DNA of 63,989 nt, filler included, from Olpidium bornovanus S191 (lineage: Eukaryota > Fungi > Olpidiomycota): NCBI GenBank assembly GCA_017911155.1. It is 27 parts of 27 records of this genome, joined end to end, with 100 filler letters (N's around TTAATTAATTAA, not from the genome) between each part and the next. Parts side by side here need not be neighbours in the genome. Positions count along the whole stretch, not along the records: positions 57,224 to 61,707 come from JAEFCI010008832.1; positions 61,808 to 62,872 come from JAEFCI010002387.1; positions 62,973 to 63,989 come from JAEFCI010002895.1; 24 more parts are not named here. One strand, 5' to 3'. A program made the translations under genes and the position numbers. The notes beneath the pieces were generated by a model that had not been told where the DNA came from, made no database searches, and saw only the letters and a list, made by a program, of their open reading frames with translations. Of the stretch, positions 59,131 to 63,989 are shown one piece after another (position 1 is the stretch's first letter; the number at the start of each line of letters is the position of its first letter).

Positions 59131-59722
59131 CCGCACGAACGAAGGGAAAAGACCGAAACCAGGAAACAGAAAAGAGTAATTGGACTGCTGGACTCATTGG
59201 ACAAATTTGTTGGCTGATGATCAACATTATTTGGCGATCAATCTGACGAAACGCAGCGTAAACCGCCCGTCATGTGGGGAGAGCGGCGTGCTGTGACCGA
59301 AACGGCGTTTTGACTGATACAGCACGCGGTGACATTTGTCCTGCGTGCCAATCTGACGAGATTCGACAGCATTTCGCCCTTCCTCTGCGTGCCGCTTTTT
59401 CCTGCCGAATTCCGCGCAGGCCCGTCCGTTCGGGACCCTCTGAGCGGATAAAATCTACTTTCCGCCGAGGGGTTTTTTCGGCGGTTCTGTTTCGGGAGGA
59501 AGGGGTCGTCTGGGTTGTGTGCGTGCGTGTGTGTGTGTGTGTGAAAGTGAGTGCGTGAGTGTCCCGCAGAGCGGCACGCGGGGGGTTTCGGCGACAAGGC
59601 CCGGGCATGCCGGGCAACCGCGACGCGCCTGTGCCTCTCCCGCGCTTCGGCGACTCCACCGCCGCTGCCAGCGCGGAGAACTCCCGGGCCTGCCAGCCCC
59701 CGGCAAGAGTGCGTGGAGAGCG

Positions 59723-60785
59723 ATGGACGGCAAGCGGCAACCATCTTTTGCCTGCAGGCAGCCGGGGTGCGGTTGCACGTTCAACTCGCTGGACCGGCTG
59801 GTCAAGCATGCGTCCAAGGAGCACTTCCTGGCAAACGCCGCCAGGGGCGCCGCTCTGGCGGCCGAGGGCGCGGCCGAACGGAGGAGGAAACCGGGAGCAT
59901 CGATGCTCTCCGCCCTGTCCGACCGGGCTGCTGGTATGGCCACTCCCGTCGGCGCCGTAGCCACCTTCGGCGCCCTCGCCGCGGCGCATTTGATGCGCTA
60001 CAGCATTCAAACGCAGCTCCAGGAGGTCGCTGGCGACGCTGCGGCCGGCGGTTTCCTGGACATGCGGCCGTCAGGTTACGTGTCGGATGACGTCACGGCG
60101 TTCCTGGATGGTCTCGGACGGGAGGGGTCTTCGCTTTACCTCAAGCTGCAGGCAGCGCAGTGCTTGGTGAGTTGAATGTCCCCCCTGGCGTGTCCTCGTT
60201 TTCCTCTTGTTCCCCCCACCTCGCCAGCAGTTACCGACTCGCGGCCGGCGGGAAGAATTGTGCGCGGGCTAAATGCACCTTCCGCCGCGATGTTTCCCTT
60301 TTCAGGCGCTTGCACCCCTCAGCGCCATCGCGCTCTCGATCCTCTGCACGGTTTTCCTGAGCAGGCTCCCGGACTTGCGGCTGAGGAAGCTGAACCTCGT
60401 GCCTTTCCTCCTGCCCCTGAGCAAGTCCGTCGAGGCCACCCTGCTGATCTCCCTCATGTCCGACCACGCCTCCGGCGCAAAGCTCGCGCCGCAGAAGGTC
60501 GCCCTCGCGGCTTTGGCGACCGTGGTCAAAATGCGGGTGATATTCCCGATCGTCGTAGGCCTCACCCTGTCTTTGTGCGTGGCGGTCCCGGCGCGCTGGG
60601 TTTTGCGCTACAGCGAGCGCCAGTTCGAGAGGCAGGCCCAGGAATGGGGGGAGGAGCTGGCGGAGAGCGACGGAGACGCAGGCGAACCCGGAGCCGCCGG
60701 GGAGGGCATCGGCATGGATCCGGAGAACGGGGAGGAGGGGAGGGAAGAAATCCCAAAGAGCCCGCTGGCCAAGAAGACGGAGTAG
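59723..60785 (+). CDS. Protein with one N-terminal C2H2 zinc finger fused to a multipass membrane domain (exons 59723-60166, 60306-60785; about 307 aa)
   Basis: FACRQPGCGCTFNSLDRLVKHASKEH (C-x4-C-x12-H-x4-H) in frame with hydrophobic helices and FLDMRPSGY...FLDGLGREGSSLYL; intron GTGAGT...TTTTCAG in phase 0; acidic tail to TAG. Confidence 0.78.
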
Positions 60786-61807
60786 GAACCGGGTATGTGC
60801 TTTTGGAGTGAGAACACGTTTGTCGTTGTCTTTCTCGAGTTTCTTTTTCGGTCCCTTGAAACGCCTCAGTTATTTTACTTGCATTAGATCATATAGAACA
60901 TCCGTTATCTATCATTCTACTGCAATCCTCTGCTTTGAAGCAATTCTGTTTTGGTCGTTTTGCACTGGGTTTTTCCGGAGGTGATGCGTCAACTTCATGC
61001 GCAATCTATACGCCAGAGGGGAAGAAGGGGGGGGGGGGGGGGGGGGGAAGGGGTATTTTTGAATCGAATCCGATGATCACGCTGCTCCCAAAATTATGGT
61101 GAACGCGCCAAAACGTCGGAGCGAAATGCGGTGGATCACCTTGATTTCGGGAACACGGGGGCGTCACAACGGGAGCCGCCTGTTGTGGACGCTGCCAGCC
61201 GCGGGGGGTGTTTTTTGTAAAGTGCTGTGAGAATCTGCCTGTTGAAGTCGTCACTGTAAAAAGTGCGGGAAGTAAATAAAGCAACGACGGTTCCTCTGCG
61301 GAAACCCCGTAAAAATTGATCTTAAAATTCTGGTTCCCGTCTTGCTTCAAGCCTTGCGTCTGCATACTCCTTCCCCTCCTCCTGGCTTGGTTCCTCTGGC
61401 TTCGATCGACGATCGTTTATGGGAACCGGCCTGCGTGCGGTTTGATTCCGCTCGCAGAGCTGGGGGTGTCTGTTAGTTTCGACCGGCTCATGGCGCCGCT
61501 GAACTGATGGCTCCTGTACGTCTTTTTCCTGCTCGATCCCGATGTTTTGGTATCATCGGTCGCGTCCTAGGCTTCTGGCGGCCTTCGCGTCGACTCGTGG
61601 GGGACCCGAGTCCGTTCGAAGAGGAATGCATGACACGGTTTGAGCCCGTTTGTTCCTGGTAATGTTGCTGCCGGCTACTCGGTTGGGGAAACCGGTTGAG
61701 CCCAACANNNNNNNNNNNNNNNNNNNNNNNNNNNNNNNNNNNNNNNNNNNNTTAATTAATTAANNNNNNNNNNNNNNNNNNNNNNNNNNNNNNNNNNNNN
61801 NNNNNNN

Positions 61808-62359
61808 CGGCCCGCCGGCTCGCCCTGGCCCTCGCCCTTGTCCCGCCCGCCGCCGCCCCCTGGTCGTCTCTCGCCGGAATCGGAGGAACAGGAGGAGGTG
61901 GAGGAGGAGGAATAGGAAAGTGGCGGGGGGGGGGCGTCATCAACGGAATCTGCGGCCGCGGGGCCGAACGGGGTGTACGGGAGCGACAGGATCGTTTTGA
62001 ACCCCGCGCGCCGCAGCCGCTCCTGCGCTTCCATGGTGGCACTGTGCAGGACGCTGGCGACGAACGACCCGGCGAACTGGCGGAAGAATGTTTCGTTCCA
62101 GCCCCTGTAGGGGAGGGAAACGGGGGAGAGGGGAAGATGGGGGTCCCAACCGTTGGCAGTTTTTTTTTTTTTGGTTTTTTGGCGGGAGGGCGGGCAGGGA
62201 GGTTTCGACTGTGAACGGACTGAGCACTTTTTTTCCTTTTATTTGGTTTTTTTTTCCATTTGATTCGTTTCCCCCTCCGAATCGGGGTTTCGACGAACGC
62301 CCCGACCCAATCCTTCTTTCCTCTTCTTCTCCAGCCAAAAAATCACCCGCCTTGCCCCC

Positions 62360-62395
<36 letters not shown>

Positions 62396-62872
62396 AAAAA
62401 AAAAAATTCGGCCCCCTCTGCCCCCGCCAGCCCTCCCGCAAAAGCTTACAGCGCCGACTCGACGTCGCTGACGACATCCCGGGCCTCGGCGTGAGTGCAA
62501 CCCTCTGTCACGGCATGGATGAAGACGCCGCATACGTTCGCCGGCTCGTTCCGGAGGATGCCGGCGGCGACCTCAGCCATTTCCGCGGGGCCCCGGGACC
62601 CCAGGCCTTCGTACACCGTGCGCAGCAGGTGTCCGGCGACGTCGGGCAGCCACTCCTTCATCAGGACCCGCAGGAGGGCGACGGCGGCTTTGGGGGACCA
62701 CCCGGCGACGAGGCACCGCAGGCCGTGGGCGACGGGGGCGAGGCGCTGCTCCATGGCGGCGCGAGCGACGCCGCGGGACACCGACTGGGCGTTGCGCTCG
62801 TCCCGCACGTAGGCGGCGAACCGCGCGCGGTGGTGGTAGTCCATCTGCGAGAGCGCCTGCTCGGCCTCGTAC
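61808..62872 (-). CDS. Hypothetical alpha-helical protein, two internal exons
   Basis: ...GWSPKAAVALLRVLMKEWLPDVAGHLLRTVYEG...VESAL | GWNETFFRQFAGSFVASVL..., joined by a GTAAGC...CTACAG intron; no family recognised. Confidence 0.6.
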
Positions 62873-63699
62873 NNNNNNNNNNNNNNNNNNNNNNNNNNNN
62901 NNNNNNNNNNNNNNNNTTAATTAATTAANNNNNNNNNNNNNNNNNNNNNNNNNNNNNNNNNNNNNNNNNNNNCATGGAGGTTGACCTCCATCAGGTTGTA
63001 TCGGCTGAGATTGTCCCTGTCTGTTCATCAAGCCCCTCGACTTAGAAAGGCATCACAAATCTACGAAGGTAAATGGAATGAGACGTCTGGTCGAATTTGA
63101 TTAGGTCGACTGGGATCCATATTTCTCCGTGTTGCGAAGGAGCGCCAAGCTGATGGCAAACCGCGTCATCGGTCAGCCGATGACAGGGGATAGGGGGTTA
63201 TTTTCTTTGCCCCACCGCGACTTTCCCAGCAGGCGATCCTCTTGGTGGGAGCTGTTTTTATTTCACTAAACCGAGCCTTTTATCCCAATGGATTTTATCC
63301 GAGCGAGGTTTTGACGAGGTAGCTACCGGCAATCTCAAATGAAATCGCGATAAGTACTCGAGATTCAAAAGCAAAACACATAAAAAAAAACCTTCCGTAA
63401 AAGATTTGCAACAGTTTTTACATCTGAGGGGTGGGAGATTTGCTGTTGTTGGTTGATTTCCGGGTCAGCCCGGGCGAAGCACGGGGCAGGTGGGGCAAGA
63501 AATGCGAGAGCGGCGGAGGTAGACAGAGAGACAAGGTGGTTCGACCGAGTGAAAAGCCGCCCTGGGGGCTGGTCGACTCCCGGGAGGGCGTGTGTGCGGA
63601 ATTCTCCGGAGAAAGGGAGAGAGGTGGGAAAGGCGAAGGTCTTTATCCTCGTCCGCCCCCGTCTTCTGTCCTCGTCCTCCCCCGTCTTCCGTCCTCCTC

Positions 63700-63989
63700 C
63701 TCCTCCGTCCTTGGTCTCGGTCCTTCCCGTTTCCGGCCCTCGGTCCTTCCCGTTTTCGGCCCTCGGTCGTCCCCCGGTTTTCGGTCCTCGGTCGCCCTCC
63801 GGTCCTCGGTCCTTGGTCGCCCCCCGGTCTTCGGTCCTCGGTCCTTCCCGTTTTCGGCCCTCGGTCGTCCCCCGGTCCTCGGTCCTCGGTCGCCCCCCGG
63901 TCCTCGGTCCTCGGTCGCCCCCCGGTCCTCGGTCCTCGGTCGCCCCCCGGTCCTCGGTCCTCGGTCGCCCCCCGGTCCTCGGTCCTCGG
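63700..63989. repeat. GC-rich minisatellite built on CTCGGTC; 25-nt unit CCTCGGTCCTCGGTCGCCCCCCGGT at the window end
   Basis: Degenerate units from about 63700, near-perfect tandem copies from about 63875 to the end. Confidence 0.93.

Noticed and set aside
1-63989. Gene cluster or pathway spanning the window (for example UBC6 with UBA1, TOF1 with CHK1)
   Set aside because: These genes are on separate contigs joined by artificial spacers; adjacency carries no information.
1-63989. tRNA or rRNA genes (GTTCGA-like motifs at about 16480, 19858, 59064, 61615)
   Set aside because: No cloverleaf stems or A-box at the right distance; no rRNA-like sequence recognised.

Overview
Eukaryotic, fungal DNA. 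The window is not one locus: it is 27 unrelated small contigs (about 1-5 kb each) joined by 26 artificial 100-nt spacers (44 N + TTAATTAATTAA + 44 N), so gene order across spacers means nothing. Exons are GC-rich and intron-containing; introns and intergenic DNA carry long poly-G/C and poly-A/T runs. Recognisable genes or fragments: Sel1-repeat protein, homocysteine S-methyltransferase, Sla1, PQ-loop transporter, Ubc6/UBE2J, Tof1/Swi1, G-protein beta, Ima1, long-chain acyl-CoA synthetase, an APSES/KilA-N protein, Uba1, CreA/Mig1, a Zn2Cys6 factor, an Irc21-like cytochrome b5 protein, a histidine phosphatase, an F-BAR protein, a HAD_SAK-like protein and Chk1. One contig encodes a single-domain channel with a TLDNW pore that best resembles CatSper1. 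Fungal-type transcription factors together with a flagellar channel suggest a zoosporic fungus, possibly Olpidium-like (inference only). Mobile DNA: a degenerate Ty3/gypsy element whose gag is split by a solo LTR with a TSD, a Ty1/copia fragment, a chromovirus integrase/chromodomain relic, an IS630/Tc1-type transposase end, MITE/LTR-like units and a ~184-bp satellite on two contigs. Most worth following up: the CatSper1-like channel, a C2H2-finger/multipass-membrane fusion, a frameshifted ORF with a possible ubiquitin-like (Crinkler-type) header, the satellite, and strong enrichment of GTCACGTGAC. All calls were made by eye from remembered family motifs; no database search was run.
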